Below are positions 1-9,680 of a DNA stretch of 64,000 nt, piece by piece. The DNA comes from Candidatus Latescibacterota bacterium. Its GTDB lineage: Bacteria > Latescibacterota > UBA2968 > GCA-2709665. The translations under genes were made by a program, and so were the position numbers. The stretch's first letter is position 1, and each line of letters starts with the position of its first letter. Below the pieces are notes generated by a model that made no database searches, was not told the DNA's origin, and worked only from the letters and a program-made list of their open reading frames with translations. The stretch lies in the NCBI GenBank assembly GCA_965116875.1, contig OZ220733.1, forward strand, positions 5,344,001 through 5,408,000. Reading direction: 5' to 3'.

Positions 1-566
1 ACCGCCTTGTCGATGGACGAGTGGGTCTCGGGCGAGGCGTAGATCCGTATCGGCGTCTCCCCGGCCATACCGGAATCGATCCCTCGCCAATTCAGCGCGC
101 GTTCGCGCATCGTCAGCACGGCACAGAGATTGGCCGCCGTCGCCGTGTCCTGGATGACACCCTGGAATCCCCCAGGAAGACCGAGCGCCCGACGCATCCA
201 GTCCACCATCCGCGTCTCGATTTCCGTGGCCGCGGGCGAGGTCTGCCAGAGCATGCACTGCGCCGCCATCACCGCCGTCAGATTCTCGGCAATCATCGAA
301 ACAGGCGCCGCGCTGGCGGGGAAGTACGCGAAGAAGCGCGGGTGTTGCCAGTGGGTCATGCCGCCCGGAACGATACGCTCGAATTCGGCGAAGATCGTCT
401 CCATGTCCTCCGGCAATTCGGGCGGCGCTTCAGGAAGCATCGCTGCGATCTCACCCGGCGCGGTCTGCGCGCGAACGGGCCGATTTTCGAGCGTCGACAG
501 GTATTCGGCGCCCCACCGCGCGGCCCGCTCGGCCCATCTGTAGTAGTCTTCTCGTCTCATAGCCAT
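1..566 (-). CDS. PLP-dependent aromatic-L-amino-acid decarboxylase family protein (5' part; runs off window start)
   Basis: My translation of the minus strand (absent from the ORF track): MAMRREDYYRW...PGGMTHWQHPRFFAYFP...MLWQTSPAATEIE...YASPETHSSIDKA, typical group II decarboxylase motifs. Confidence 0.9.
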   Translation of the reverse strand, partial: MAMRREDYYRWAERAARWGAEYLSTLENRPVRAQTAPGEIAAMLPEAPPELPEDMETIFAEFERIVPGGMTHWQHPRFFAYFPASAAPVSMIAENLTAVMAAQCMLWQTSPAATEIETRMVDWMRRALGLPGGFQGVIQDTATAANLCAVLTMRERALNWRGIDSGMAGETPIRIYASPETHSSIDKA

Positions 567-657
567 CAATATAACACAATCGCTACAAATCCCCTATATT
601 TCGAGATTCCAACTGCGAAAACGGCCTTGGGGTATAGAACTTGAAACGGAGACGCGG

Positions 658-686
658 ATTGTATAGCTTGATAGCAAAGGTGTCGA
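658..686 (-). promoter_or_regulatory. Putative sigma70 promoter for the decarboxylase gene
   Basis: Minus strand TCGACA-17 nt-TACAAT about 90 nt upstream of the ATG. Confidence 0.5.
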
Positions 687-783
687 ATCCGTCTCACCTT
701 TTGCCTGTTTCAAGGAACACGCCGTAGGCAGGGAATTTGGGGAGATGTGGATTTTGAATCTGGTTTTCGGGTTACTGGTTCAA

Positions 784-814
784 GCTGACTGCTGATGGCT
801 GATGGCTGACCGCT
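784..814. repeat. 7-bp tandem repeat GCTGAYN x4
   Basis: gctgact gctgatg gctgatg gctgacc gct. Confidence 0.8.
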
Positions 815-903
815 AAAGGATGGGTGGCGGGGCGGGGTGTGTTCCTCTACCCTCTCCCGGCTCACGTCTTCCCGTTCCTACACTTTATCGACAGGACTTC
901 CCT

Positions 904-2178
904 ATGGACACCCTTCCACTCCCTGCCCGTCCCGATCTTGCAGACTACACAAAGCTCGCGCAAGAACTCGTCGAAGCCTCGGAATCGGACGATTCAAACG
1001 CCGTTCGCGATCGGTGCGGCGAATGGCTGGAGTCTATCGAACGCCAATCGGGGTCCGACCTGACGGACTTTGTGCGGAGCAGCTACGAACGGGCCGTCGG
1101 CGAGGTCGAAAAAGGCGTCCTTGAGATGTCGGAGAATGCGGGTGAGGATGGCCGGGGATTCACGCTGGCCGGCGCACAGTCGCTGATTGCTGGAGCCCAC
1201 AGCTTCGAGAGCTGGAATGCATTCGCCAGGTTCTGCGACGAGGATACAAGCCAGACGCCCGATGGGGCCGAGTTCGAGGTCGCCTCCGACGCCGTGGTCG
1301 ATGGAAACCTCGCGAGACTCCAGTCGCTCTTGCGCGAAAACCCGGCTTTGGCCCACGCCCGTTCGGCGCGGATCCACCGGGCGACGCTGTTGTATTACCT
1401 GGCGGCCAACGGCATCGAGGACTTCCGCCAGCGGTCCCCCGCCAACGCGCCCGAAATCGCGCGGTTTCTGCTGGATGCCGGCGCGGAGGTGGACGCCCTG
1501 TGCGGGGTGGGCAATTCGGATGACACGCCCATGCTGGCGCTCGTAACCAGCGTACATCCGCATTCTATGGGTGTGGCGACGGAGCTGATCGAAATATTCG
1601 TAGAGGCGGGCTCTAAAGTGGATGGCGTGAACGGAGACGGGGCGCCTGTACGGCTGGCACTCAAATTCGGCTATCCCGAATCGGCAGCCGCCCTGGCGCG
1701 CCTGGGGGCGGAGGTGAAAACGGTCGCGATGGCCGCGGGTCTGGGCCGGCTGGACCTGACGAAGGCGTTCGTCGAAGAACGCGGCGTATCCGGGGCGGAA
1801 CTGGCAGACGCGTTTGAAGACGCCTGCCGGTTCGGACGGACGGATATCGCCGAATACCTCCTGGCAAACGGCGCCGACGTGGATGGACAGGGCACGTGGA
1901 AGATGACGGCCCTGATGTGGTCCGCTTCCCAGGGGCATCTCGACACCATGGCCCTGATCCTCGATCGCTGTCCATCGCTCGAATTGCGGAACGAGTTCGG
2001 AGGCACCGCGATGGGCACGACCCTGCATTTCGCGATCCATTCACCCAGGCCCGGCGCCGACTATCCTGCCGTTGTCGAAATGCTACTCGACGCGGGATTG
2101 AAATTCGAGGGAACCAGGAAGGGAACGGGGCTGGATGATGTTGACGCCGTACTTCGCAGGCACGGAAAGATCGATTAG
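904..2178 (+). CDS. Ankyrin repeat protein
   Basis: Multiple ankyrin motifs (ACRFGRTDIAEYLLANGADVD, TALMWSASQGHLDTMALIL); N-terminal LPARPDL motif; start moved to ATG at 904. Confidence 0.85.
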   Translation: MDTLPLPARPDLADYTKLAQELVEASESDDSNAVRDRCGEWLESIERQSGSDLTDFVRSSYERAVGEVEKGVLEMSENAGEDGRGFTLAGAQSLIAGAHSFESWNAFARFCDEDTSQTPDGAEFEVASDAVVDGNLARLQSLLRENPALAHARSARIHRATLLYYLAANGIEDFRQRSPANAPEIARFLLDAGAEVDALCGVGNSDDTPMLALVTSVHPHSMGVATELIEIFVEAGSKVDGVNGDGAPVRLALKFGYPESAAALARLGAEVKTVAMAAGLGRLDLTKAFVEERGVSGAELADAFEDACRFGRTDIAEYLLANGADVDGQGTWKMTALMWSASQGHLDTMALILDRCPSLELRNEFGGTAMGTTLHFAIHSPRPGADYPAVVEMLLDAGLKFEGTRKGTGLDDVDAVLRRHGKID

Positions 2179-2421
2179 AACGGCAATCTCAGCACCAACA
2201 GTATCCAAGACAAATCAAGGCGCGGCCATCACGGCGGCGTCTTTTTGTTGCGCCCGTGACCAGAGCCTGTCGAAGGATCGAAGGGGCCGCGACGTAAATT
2301 GACGAAATGTGCGGAATATCTGGCAAACCCAAAGTGCCGGGAACACCCAAAGAACCAGCATATCTGCACTCTCTGTAGCTGTGATTTCTGTGCCGAAATT
2401 TCATTCAGCATCAACACACAA

Positions 2422-3276
2422 CTATTCCCCGTCGGACGCTGGATTCATTCGTTTGACTTCCATCAGCCACTCCCTCCACTTATCTAAAACCACTTTTTCG
2501 AGAAACCTCCGACTGTTATCCTGGTCAAGACAATTCAAAGCCGTGTCAACATTGTAGTCGAAAACTCCCAGCATATGTACTGGAGTCCTACCTGTCTTGT
2601 CACTAGGTATCGAATCCAGGGATGGGAGCTTCATAGGCCTATAACCATCTGGCGCCAAGAAATGGATGATCTCACCCTGCTCATTCAACATTTCGAGCCG
2701 GGGCACGTCTCTAGAGTCAACAAGAACGCGTAGACGCTCGATACCCCGACTATCGCAGAGAGATATCTTGGCTTCACGATTCAGCCAGCGACCAACAAAG
2801 ACACGGTCAAGTTCAAACTCCTTAATAGCAGGCTTTCTTCCGTATTGCTTTTCGAATTTTTCCATAAACTCTTCACGTGGTCCAGGAGGTCTATCCCAAA
2901 CATATAATCCTCTTATACTCTCATTGTCCACCAATCCCACTACATCGGATGAGTGATGTTGGTCGAATCTCAGCCCAACCGTGTTCTGGATAGTCAGACC
3001 GCCAATCTCATCACCATCCTCCGCGAAGAATAGCATTCCGGCAGAAGACCCTCCCCTTCGCTCAGGGAAAGTGGGCATGCGCTCTTTATTGTGAATACTC
3101 ATCCTGACGGTACCGTCCTTTTCTACAATCTTGATCTGCTGGACCTCAATCTCTTTCGATCTTATCCTCTGGTGAGTTGATGTCTGAGTTTCCTGCTCGT
3201 TCACCAATTCCTTGATCTGATTCTCAAGTTCTTTAACCCGGCGCTCCAGATTCTCGATCCGATCGACTCTATTCAT
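2422..3276 (-). CDS. Hypothetical protein with N-terminal coiled coil
   Basis: Long ORF; ATG 3276 follows a G-rich RBS; RIENLERRVKELENQIKEL coiled coil, then IKIVEKDGTVRMSIHN...AGMLFF..GDEIGGL. Confidence 0.7.
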   Translation of the reverse strand: MNRVDRIENLERRVKELENQIKELVNEQETQTSTHQRIRSKEIEVQQIKIVEKDGTVRMSIHNKERMPTFPERRGGSSAGMLFFAEDGDEIGGLTIQNTVGLRFDQHHSSDVVGLVDNESIRGLYVWDRPPGPREEFMEKFEKQYGRKPAIKEFELDRVFVGRWLNREAKISLCDSRGIERLRVLVDSRDVPRLEMLNEQGEIIHFLAPDGYRPMKLPSLDSIPSDKTGRTPVHMLGVFDYNVDTALNCLDQDNSRRFLEKVVLDKWREWLMEVKRMNPASDGE

Positions 3277-3394
3277 CGAATTTACCCCCGCCATCTTGAC
3301 GAAACGAAGTCTCATTCAACCACGTTAGTTGGTGCGATCTGTTTCTTTCGCTGCTGATTGCTCCCACTGTGGTATTGTCAATGAGATACCCTGC

Positions 3395-3494
3395 CCCTTC
3401 CACGCTTCGACAATCCTTCGACAGGCTTGCCGCGACAAGCCACTTCGACAAGCTCAGTGCAAGCAGCACAGGCAGAGCAAGTGCTCAGGGCAGC
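3395..3494. repeat. Nested array of 23-nt hairpin units (repeat family A)
   Basis: cccttcca/cgcttcgacaa/tccttcgacaggct/tgccgcgacaagc/[cacttcgacaagctcagtgcaag]/cagcacagg/cagagcaag/tgctcagggcagc; same nesting order as 59428-59566. Confidence 0.85.
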
Positions 3495-3516
3495 GTCTTC
3501 GACTCTTCGACTACAT

Positions 3517-3903
3517 CTACTGCTGCATGATCTGAATGAGATTGCCGCAGGTATCGTCAAAGACGGCCATGATGATGTCCTCCCACTCTGTCGGCTCCAG
3601 CGTAAATCTTACGCCGAGTTCGCTTAATCGCTCATGCTCCGCGCGGACGTCGTCAACGCCGAAGCATGTTGCGGCGATGCCCTGTTCGAAAATCCCTTTC
3701 TGATATGTCTTCGCTACCGGGTTTTCGTTCGGCTCGAGCAAGAGTTCAGTCCCGTCCCGGTCACCGGGCGAGACGACCGTGAGCCATCTGTGTTCGCCAA
3801 CGGGAACGTCGTGTTTCTTTTCGAAACCAAGGACCTCAGTATAGAACTTCAACGCTTTGTCCTGGTCTTCAACAAAAACGCCATTGAGTATGATTCTCAT
3901 CAT
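3517..3903 (-). CDS. VOC/glyoxalase family protein
   Basis: VFVEDQDKALKFYTEVLGF...AVFDDTCGNLIQI. Confidence 0.9.
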   Translation of the reverse strand: MMRIILNGVFVEDQDKALKFYTEVLGFEKKHDVPVGEHRWLTVVSPGDRDGTELLLEPNENPVAKTYQKGIFEQGIAATCFGVDDVRAEHERLSELGVRFTLEPTEWEDIIMAVFDDTCGNLIQIMQQ

Positions 3904-4070
3904 TGTATCGCCCCTTTCGGTTGTCAGTTTCAGTTGTGGTTAACGAGAACGTATCTATTGGTTTTCTTCACTATCACTGCTGTCCGAGATCGGTGAGATT
4001 CTCAGAGAAGAGGTCGGGCAAGAGGCTTCGATTGGCGATATAGTACGGGCTGAACCTGGATCATGCAAAT

Positions 4071-4594
4071 CAGGTTGCCATGGTTTCGGTCTTGTTGCAA
4101 TTCATGTCACTCAGATTGGAGTCGAAGCATTTTTCGCCGCTTCCGTCCCGCGCTGGGGCCGGACGTGCCGCTTCTCAGGTATCGATACGTGCAAACCGAA
4201 CGGGGATAATCCCATGCCGCAGTAGATCCTTCGTCGGCCTGCTCTGCATGGCAGTGTGCTCTTACGTGTAACGGACGCGTTTCGCCGACGTTGTACGCAG
4301 GCCTCCTCTGGATGACAGTATTGGCGAAGGTGTGGGCTACGCGTTTCACCAGTGGCTATTGCGAAACATGTCATTCTGAGCGGAGTCGAAGAATCTCCCG
4401 TATTCTCGATTGGACGTGTCGCACATGCCCGTTGAAGACGAACCTGTGCGCGGACGTCTGGCCAGTCTTTCGGCCTCTTCTGAAGTACATTCGGGCTAAG
4501 GTGTGAAGGATACATTTCGCTAATGACTGCGGACGATTTTTCCATCGTCCGGACACTTCGCGCACTCTTGCGAATTTCGTAGTGAATCAAACCC
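4071..4594. repeat. ~520-bp non-coding repeat, family B copy 1 (tandem REP-doublet-like units)
   Basis: Colinear similarity to 6659-7195 (e.g. tctcaggtatcga, gcagtagatccttcgtcggcctg, gaagaatctcccgtattctcgatt); arms TGTCATTCTGAGCG..CGAAGAATCT and AGATCCTTCG..CTCNGGATGACA. Confidence 0.85.
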
Positions 4595-4625
4595 GTTTTT
4601 GAACAGGTCTACTTCGTGATAATCC

Positions 4626-5426
4626 TCACGTAGCCATGAATTCGGCAAACGTACTGCCCCGTGGATGGCAATAGCTGTACCTGAAGTACGACTTGAAACC
4701 GATCTTCCGGTAGACCGGCTCTCCCATCTTCGACGCCTGCAGGACGGCGATCCCGTACTCCATTTGACGGGCATCCTCCATCGGGGCCAGCGTCAGCGCC
4801 GTCCCAATTCCCTTCCTCCGATGTTCCGGCGAAACTTCCACCTGATACAGCCCGGCAACGCCCGATGAGAGAAACATCATCGAAGTCCCGATCGCTTCGC
4901 CGTCGATCCTCCCCAGATAGAGCCTCACTTCGGGCGATTCCATAAGAACCCTGAACATATCAAACTCGAACAGGGGGAAAAAGGACAGCCATTCGTGCAG
5001 TCCGGCGTCATCGACCACACGTTCGATCCGGAGGTCGTCCTGGAACGAATGCCCATCATTGACATCATCCAGTCGGATCGCCATCCCCGGCGGATCGTGA
5101 TCCATCGCCACGAACCCGCTTTTCAAGAGATGCATCCTCAGATTCTCAGGCTCCGGGTTCGGACCAAACTTCAGGATGGGTGGCAGTTTCCTCTGCTCGA
5201 TACCCTCGCGGATCTCATGGATTCGGTTTTCGAGGGTCTCTTCGCTGAAACACGGTTCGACCAGATAGTTCGGCCACCACGGCTTGCCGATGACCGCGGT
5301 GACGTCTTCTTCACGCAATATGGTCCTACCGCCGCGTTCCGCGGAGAAGACGAACAGATCGACGTTGTTCCGCTCAATGGCAGCAATGATAGCAGGTTCC
5401 GAATCGTCTTCCAGGACAGAAACCAT
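4626..5426 (-). CDS. GNAT family N-acetyltransferase
   Basis: AGLYQVEVSPEHRRKGIGTALT...LQASKMGEPVYRKIGF. Confidence 0.9.
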   Translation of the reverse strand: MVSVLEDDSEPAIIAAIERNNVDLFVFSAERGGRTILREEDVTAVIGKPWWPNYLVEPCFSEETLENRIHEIREGIEQRKLPPILKFGPNPEPENLRMHLLKSGFVAMDHDPPGMAIRLDDVNDGHSFQDDLRIERVVDDAGLHEWLSFFPLFEFDMFRVLMESPEVRLYLGRIDGEAIGTSMMFLSSGVAGLYQVEVSPEHRRKGIGTALTLAPMEDARQMEYGIAVLQASKMGEPVYRKIGFKSYFRYSYCHPRGSTFAEFMAT

Positions 5427-5436
5427 CTATCGGTCC

Positions 5437-6024
5437 TCAGCGCGTGATTTCGTTGCGGAGTTTCGACAGCAAGACCGTGTCGACGTCGGGAAACTTACAC
5501 AATTCCGATAGCAAGGTCTCAACATTCTCAACCGAGTATTTGAGCCGGGGTCGACCCAGTTTCTCGCATGCGCTGATCATGAAATGGCTGGAATCACCCT
5601 CGCCGCGCCTGGCTCGTTTTACCGCCCAGACGACATTCCAGAACGCGGACGTAGCGACAGACCAGTCCGGGAACGGCGAAGGCCATTTATGTGGTGTATC
5701 CCGGTCTGATCTGATATCGAGCTCTACCCTCCAGAACACCGGAAAGTCGAGGAAATTGACCATTATGTTCTGCGCTATCCCGTCGTCCTTCTGCTCAGGA
5801 TCAAACCGCATGGTGAATGCGCCGAAATGCTTTTTCAGGCACGCCGATAAGGAATCGAAAAATCCCTGCGTGAGTTCGACATGGACGTTGACCTCGAGGT
5901 CAACGTCGCTATAATCGTCGACCTTTCCCGATTCGAATGAACCGCGGAAGCTGACCCTTCCGGAAGCAAAATGCCTCCGAAGGACATCCAGGACCTCATT
6001 TCCGAATTGATGTATGGTCATCAC
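5437..6024 (-). CDS. Nucleotidyltransferase-fold protein (lincosamide/aminoglycoside NTase-like)
   Basis: Pol-beta NTase motif GSFESGKVDDYSDVDL. Confidence 0.7.
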   Translation of the reverse strand: MMTIHQFGNEVLDVLRRHFASGRVSFRGSFESGKVDDYSDVDLEVNVHVELTQGFFDSLSACLKKHFGAFTMRFDPEQKDDGIAQNIMVNFLDFPVFWRVELDIRSDRDTPHKWPSPFPDWSVATSAFWNVVWAVKRARRGEGDSSHFMISACEKLGRPRLKYSVENVETLLSELCKFPDVDTVLLSKLRNEITR

Positions 6025-6095
6025 TGATACGCATCGCTGTCAGACGCCGCTCCGGATGTCGAACCCGTCTTCACTTTCCCATTCTTCTTCGAATC

Positions 6096-6458
6096 TCACG
6101 ACGCGGGTTCCCAGAGCTCGATGGGGTTTCCTTCGGGGTCGTGGATGCGGGCGAAGCGGCCGATGCCCTCCATCTCGCTTTCGTGGCTCACCTCTATATC
6201 GGCGGACTTCAGTTGTGCGATCATCGCGTCCAGATCGGCCACACGGAAATTCAGCATGAAAGACTTATCCGCCGCGAAATAGTCCGTGTCGACGTCGAAA
6301 GGTGAGAAAACCGTGACCCCGGACTCGGTCACCCATGGCGTCATCTCCATGTTCGTCGGAGCAAGATTGATGCCGAGATGATCGTGGTACCACTTCGCGA
6401 GTCGTTCCGGGTCCTTTGCCCGAAAGAAGAACCCGCCGAATCCCTGAACCCTTTGCAT
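6096..6458 (-). CDS. VOC/glyoxalase family protein
   Basis: GGFFFRAKDPERLAKWY...GRFARIHDPEGNPIELWEP. Confidence 0.9.
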   Translation of the reverse strand: MQRVQGFGGFFFRAKDPERLAKWYHDHLGINLAPTNMEMTPWVTESGVTVFSPFDVDTDYFAADKSFMLNFRVADLDAMIAQLKSADIEVSHESEMEGIGRFARIHDPEGNPIELWEPAS

Positions 6459-6658
6459 GCTGCGCCCCTCTCTGCGCTAAGAAGTTGTGGGATGCTGCCT
6501 CGTTTGTCTGCCCTGGAGCAAGAAACGGTGGATTGAGGAGAGTTTCCGGTCCTTTGAATGTAGGGCTACCACTTCTGCCCAAGAACCGTGGAACTCTCAG
6601 AAATATGGTTCGAAGAATGGCTTCAATTCGCGATCATTGACGTGTCTGACCGGGAAAC

Positions 6659-7195
6659 CAGGTTGTCATCGGTTCGTGTTTGTTGTTACGCATGTCTTGC
6701 TGAGCGGATTCGAAGGATCTTTCGCCGCTTCCATCCCGCGCTGCAGGCAAACGTGCTGCCTCTCAGGTATCGACACGTGAAAGTCGCACTGGGTTGATCC
6801 GATGCTGCAGTAGATCCTTCGTCGGCCTGAAGGCTTCCTGTGGATTACAGCGGGAAGCCACGTGCATGACAATCGTAAAACATGTCATTCTGAGCGCGCT
6901 GGCCTCCTCAGGATGACATGTTCTGCGAAGGTGTGGGCCCAGCGTTTCGCCAATGGTTATCGCAAAACATGTCAATCCGAGCGCAGCGAAGAATCTCCCG
7001 TATTCTCGATTGTACGTGTCGCATATGGTCTTTGTAGATGAACTTGTGCGCGGACACATCGACAGGCTCAGGGCAAGCCCTCAGGATGACAGTCTTAGTG
7101 AAGGGAGGACCGACTCGTCTCGCCAATGACTCTGGACAATTCTTCCAGCCGTTCATTTCGCGTATTTTCGTGACTCTTGTAGTTTATCAAATCCC
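6659..7195. repeat. ~540-bp non-coding repeat, family B copy 2
   Basis: Direct, diverged copy of 4071-4594. Confidence 0.85.
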
Positions 7196-7224
7196 TGAGA
7201 TGCGGACGACAGTCCTCGTGCAAT

Positions 7225-7440
7225 CCCTGGTTGGTCGAAGGGCTGTTGAATAGCGGGCATTTCGACAAGCTCGCTTCGACAGGCTCAGCACACGCAATGA
7301 CCACGCGTTATTTTTTTCATCGGACGTCATCAATCCGCGGTTCGGAGATCCAGAATCTGCTCTAAGTCTTGTCCTAAGCTTGGTTGCATTGAGCCTGTCG
7401 AAATGTTGAAGGGCCGGCGACGCCTGATGCTGTGGGGAGA
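7225..7440. repeat. Composite repeat built on family A hairpins
   Basis: gggcatttcgaca..aatgaccacgcgtta and gggccggcgacgcctgatgctgtggg blocks shared with 40310-40590 and (inverted) 59401-59760. Confidence 0.8.
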
Positions 7441-7464
7441 TTGCAACACCATGATGAGTTCGTA

Positions 7465-8250
7465 TTACCGCCGTTTCAGAAGGAAGATCATCTCAGGCAT
7501 GTCGGGCCCGATCGGTTTCCGGTCAAAAGAACCGAATTCACCCACGCTCTCGAGACCGGCCGCGCAAAACAACGCCTTGAGGTGAGGATACGTATAGACG
7601 CTCATCTTGAAGTCCTCCATCTCCTCGGATAGAACCTCGTCGCCGTCGCAGAGCCGGAAGATAAACCTGCCCGACAGAACCAGGTTGACCGGGTCGTACC
7701 CGTCCTTCACGAAATACCGCCGGATGATCCGACCGTTCCCGTCCTGAGCGGGCCACTCCAGTTCCAGGTGTTCTTCGCCGTCGCCGGAAAACAGCTTGTC
7801 GAAACGGGGATTGAAGACATCGAACGCTAGGATGCCACCGACTGTCAGATGTCTCCCGGCATTCCTCAGGGCCGCCAGTTGGTCTTCCGCGGTGTACATA
7901 TGCTGCATGGGTCTGAACGGAATCACCACCAGGGGAAAGCAATCACCCAATTGAAAGGTTCTGAAATCACCCTCAACGACTCTTACCCGGCGTCGTACCT
8001 CTGCAGGTTCTTCGGCGAGCTTTGCCCGCAAGACCGTCAGCATCGAACGAGAAGCATCAACCCCTGTGACATCAAGACCCTTTCGGGCAAGCGGTAACGT
8101 GATTCTACCGGTCCCGCAGCCAAGCTCGAGGACCGGCCCGCCATACTCCCCGGCCAGATCAAGATAGAAGACCCTGTCGACCAGGTCCTCTTTGACGCTG
8201 TACGCCGCGTCGTAGTGCTTCGCCGCCAGAGTGTAGGAATCTTCGGTCAT
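7465..8250 (-). CDS. Class I SAM-dependent methyltransferase
   Basis: VLELGCGTGRI motif I, GVDAS, VEGDF. Confidence 0.9.
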   Translation of the reverse strand: MTEDSYTLAAKHYDAAYSVKEDLVDRVFYLDLAGEYGGPVLELGCGTGRITLPLARKGLDVTGVDASRSMLTVLRAKLAEEPAEVRRRVRVVEGDFRTFQLGDCFPLVVIPFRPMQHMYTAEDQLAALRNAGRHLTVGGILAFDVFNPRFDKLFSGDGEEHLELEWPAQDGNGRIIRRYFVKDGYDPVNLVLSGRFIFRLCDGDEVLSEEMEDFKMSVYTYPHLKALFCAAGLESVGEFGSFDRKPIGPDMPEMIFLLKRR

Positions 8251-8259
8251 TGCGAGAAC

Positions 8260-9066
8260 CTATCCAACCAGTTTTCCCCTCAAAACGGCTGCTGTTCGAT
8301 TTGCATCGGCAAGAAACTCAGCGGGCGGCTGAGAGGGATCCTCGGGCACTGCCTCGATCATGACCGGGCCCGGGTGCGATGCAGGAAACGCACTCGCAAC
8401 GGCATCCCAATCCACGATTCCTTTCATTGGCAGCCAGTGAACGTCGGCCTTTCCGTCCGTGTCCGAGAAGTGCGTCGTGCTGAGACGATGGGCCCATCTC
8501 CCGAGCACAGCGCCGGGAGTTCCCGAATACAGGGAGTCGTGCGAACTGTCATAGCACAAGCCCAGACTGTCCAGAGGCAACTCATCCAGAATGAAATCCA
8601 GGCGATCGTTAAACCTTGTATTCTCAAGAGCGAACGCGACGCCACTTTTTGCCGCCGCCTCGCCCAATCGACGAAAGATATCCAGGCCTTCCGGATTGGG
8701 CGGGGGCGGTGTGGGCCCCCTCGTTACGTGAAGCACGATGCAGAAAATGGAATGCCGGCTGCAGAACTCGATCAGCTTAAGGTTCTCATCGACGATTGCA
8801 TCGCGTTCGGCGGGACTGTCGGACCAGAACCCATTCGCATTTTCGAATGGCGCGTGGACGTGATCGACAGTGAGCCCGGCATCTGCAGCCATTCCCGGCA
8901 TTTCTTTCGCCCGACCGGCTCTCACCAGGGGTTCCTCACTTCCCATCCAGAGTAACGTGTGACTGAAACCACTCTTCCTGATCAGCCTCAGACGATCAGA
9001 AAGCGGCAGATCGTAACCGAACCAGGAAAATGTGCCGAGAGAGGGTGCCGTTTCAGACGAAGTCAT
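8260..9066 (-). CDS. Sugar phosphate isomerase/epimerase (xylose isomerase-like TIM barrel)
   Basis: FALEN, LCYDSSH, THFSD, DVHWLP, MIE metal-binding motifs. Confidence 0.85.
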   Translation of the reverse strand: MTSSETAPSLGTFSWFGYDLPLSDRLRLIRKSGFSHTLLWMGSEEPLVRAGRAKEMPGMAADAGLTVDHVHAPFENANGFWSDSPAERDAIVDENLKLIEFCSRHSIFCIVLHVTRGPTPPPPNPEGLDIFRRLGEAAAKSGVAFALENTRFNDRLDFILDELPLDSLGLCYDSSHDSLYSGTPGAVLGRWAHRLSTTHFSDTDGKADVHWLPMKGIVDWDAVASAFPASHPGPVMIEAVPEDPSQPPAEFLADANRTAAVLRGKLVG

Positions 9067-9084
9067 CGGTTGCTTTTCTCAACC

Positions 9085-9456
9085 TCAAGCGGCCGCAGTC
9101 CGGGTGGTCTGCCTGAATAACCATGCCGACACGATCCATAGCGCGATGAAGAACCCGTTCAGGAACAAGAGCTCCAGCGGGCCGTTTGCCGGGTAGCCCA
9201 ACCCTCCGATTACCGCCACGAGGGTCACGAGCGCCTGGGCGAGCGCCGTGGCGAACAGCGCGAATGCCATGCCGCGCGGCTCAAAGCGAGCAATGACCGC
9301 GCCGACGATTCCGACGGCCAGCACCCCAAAATACATCATGTTCGCTTCGTTGTTCTCGGATCCGATCACGCCGACGGCGCCATTCACCCAGAGGAGGATG
9401 AACGCTGTCGCGATCGCGACCCCGACGGCAGACCGGTAGGGTTTACGAATCTTCAT
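9085..9456 (-). CDS. Hypothetical membrane protein (4 TM)
   Basis: Hydrophobic segments; WVNGAVGVIGSENN motif. Confidence 0.75.
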   Translation of the reverse strand: MKIRKPYRSAVGVAIATAFILLWVNGAVGVIGSENNEANMMYFGVLAVGIVGAVIARFEPRGMAFALFATALAQALVTLVAVIGGLGYPANGPLELLFLNGFFIALWIVSAWLFRQTTRTAAA

Positions 9457-9680
9457 TGTCGCTCCCTTCGTCCCGGCGTGGTTATTGGGACATCAAACAA
9501 TGGGGCGTCGTGGTTTCGATACACCGCACAGTGATAATTGGAGAAATCCTCGATATGACGTTTGATTTCGTCGAATTGGGCCGCTGTGCCCGGACTCAAA
9601 CGTGTGGAAGGACCGGCGAGGTTACTCGCGGGCTTACGCAAAGCCGGGCATGGGAGTAGTCGTCCGTCGTGAATTTCTCC

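Noticed and set aside
21-644. Plus-strand ORFs 21-644 and 130-543
   Set aside because: The minus strand encodes a clear decarboxylase here
904-2178. Ankyrin proteins as evidence of a symbiotic lifestyle
   Set aside because: Two ankyrin genes without secretion signals are common in free-living bacteria
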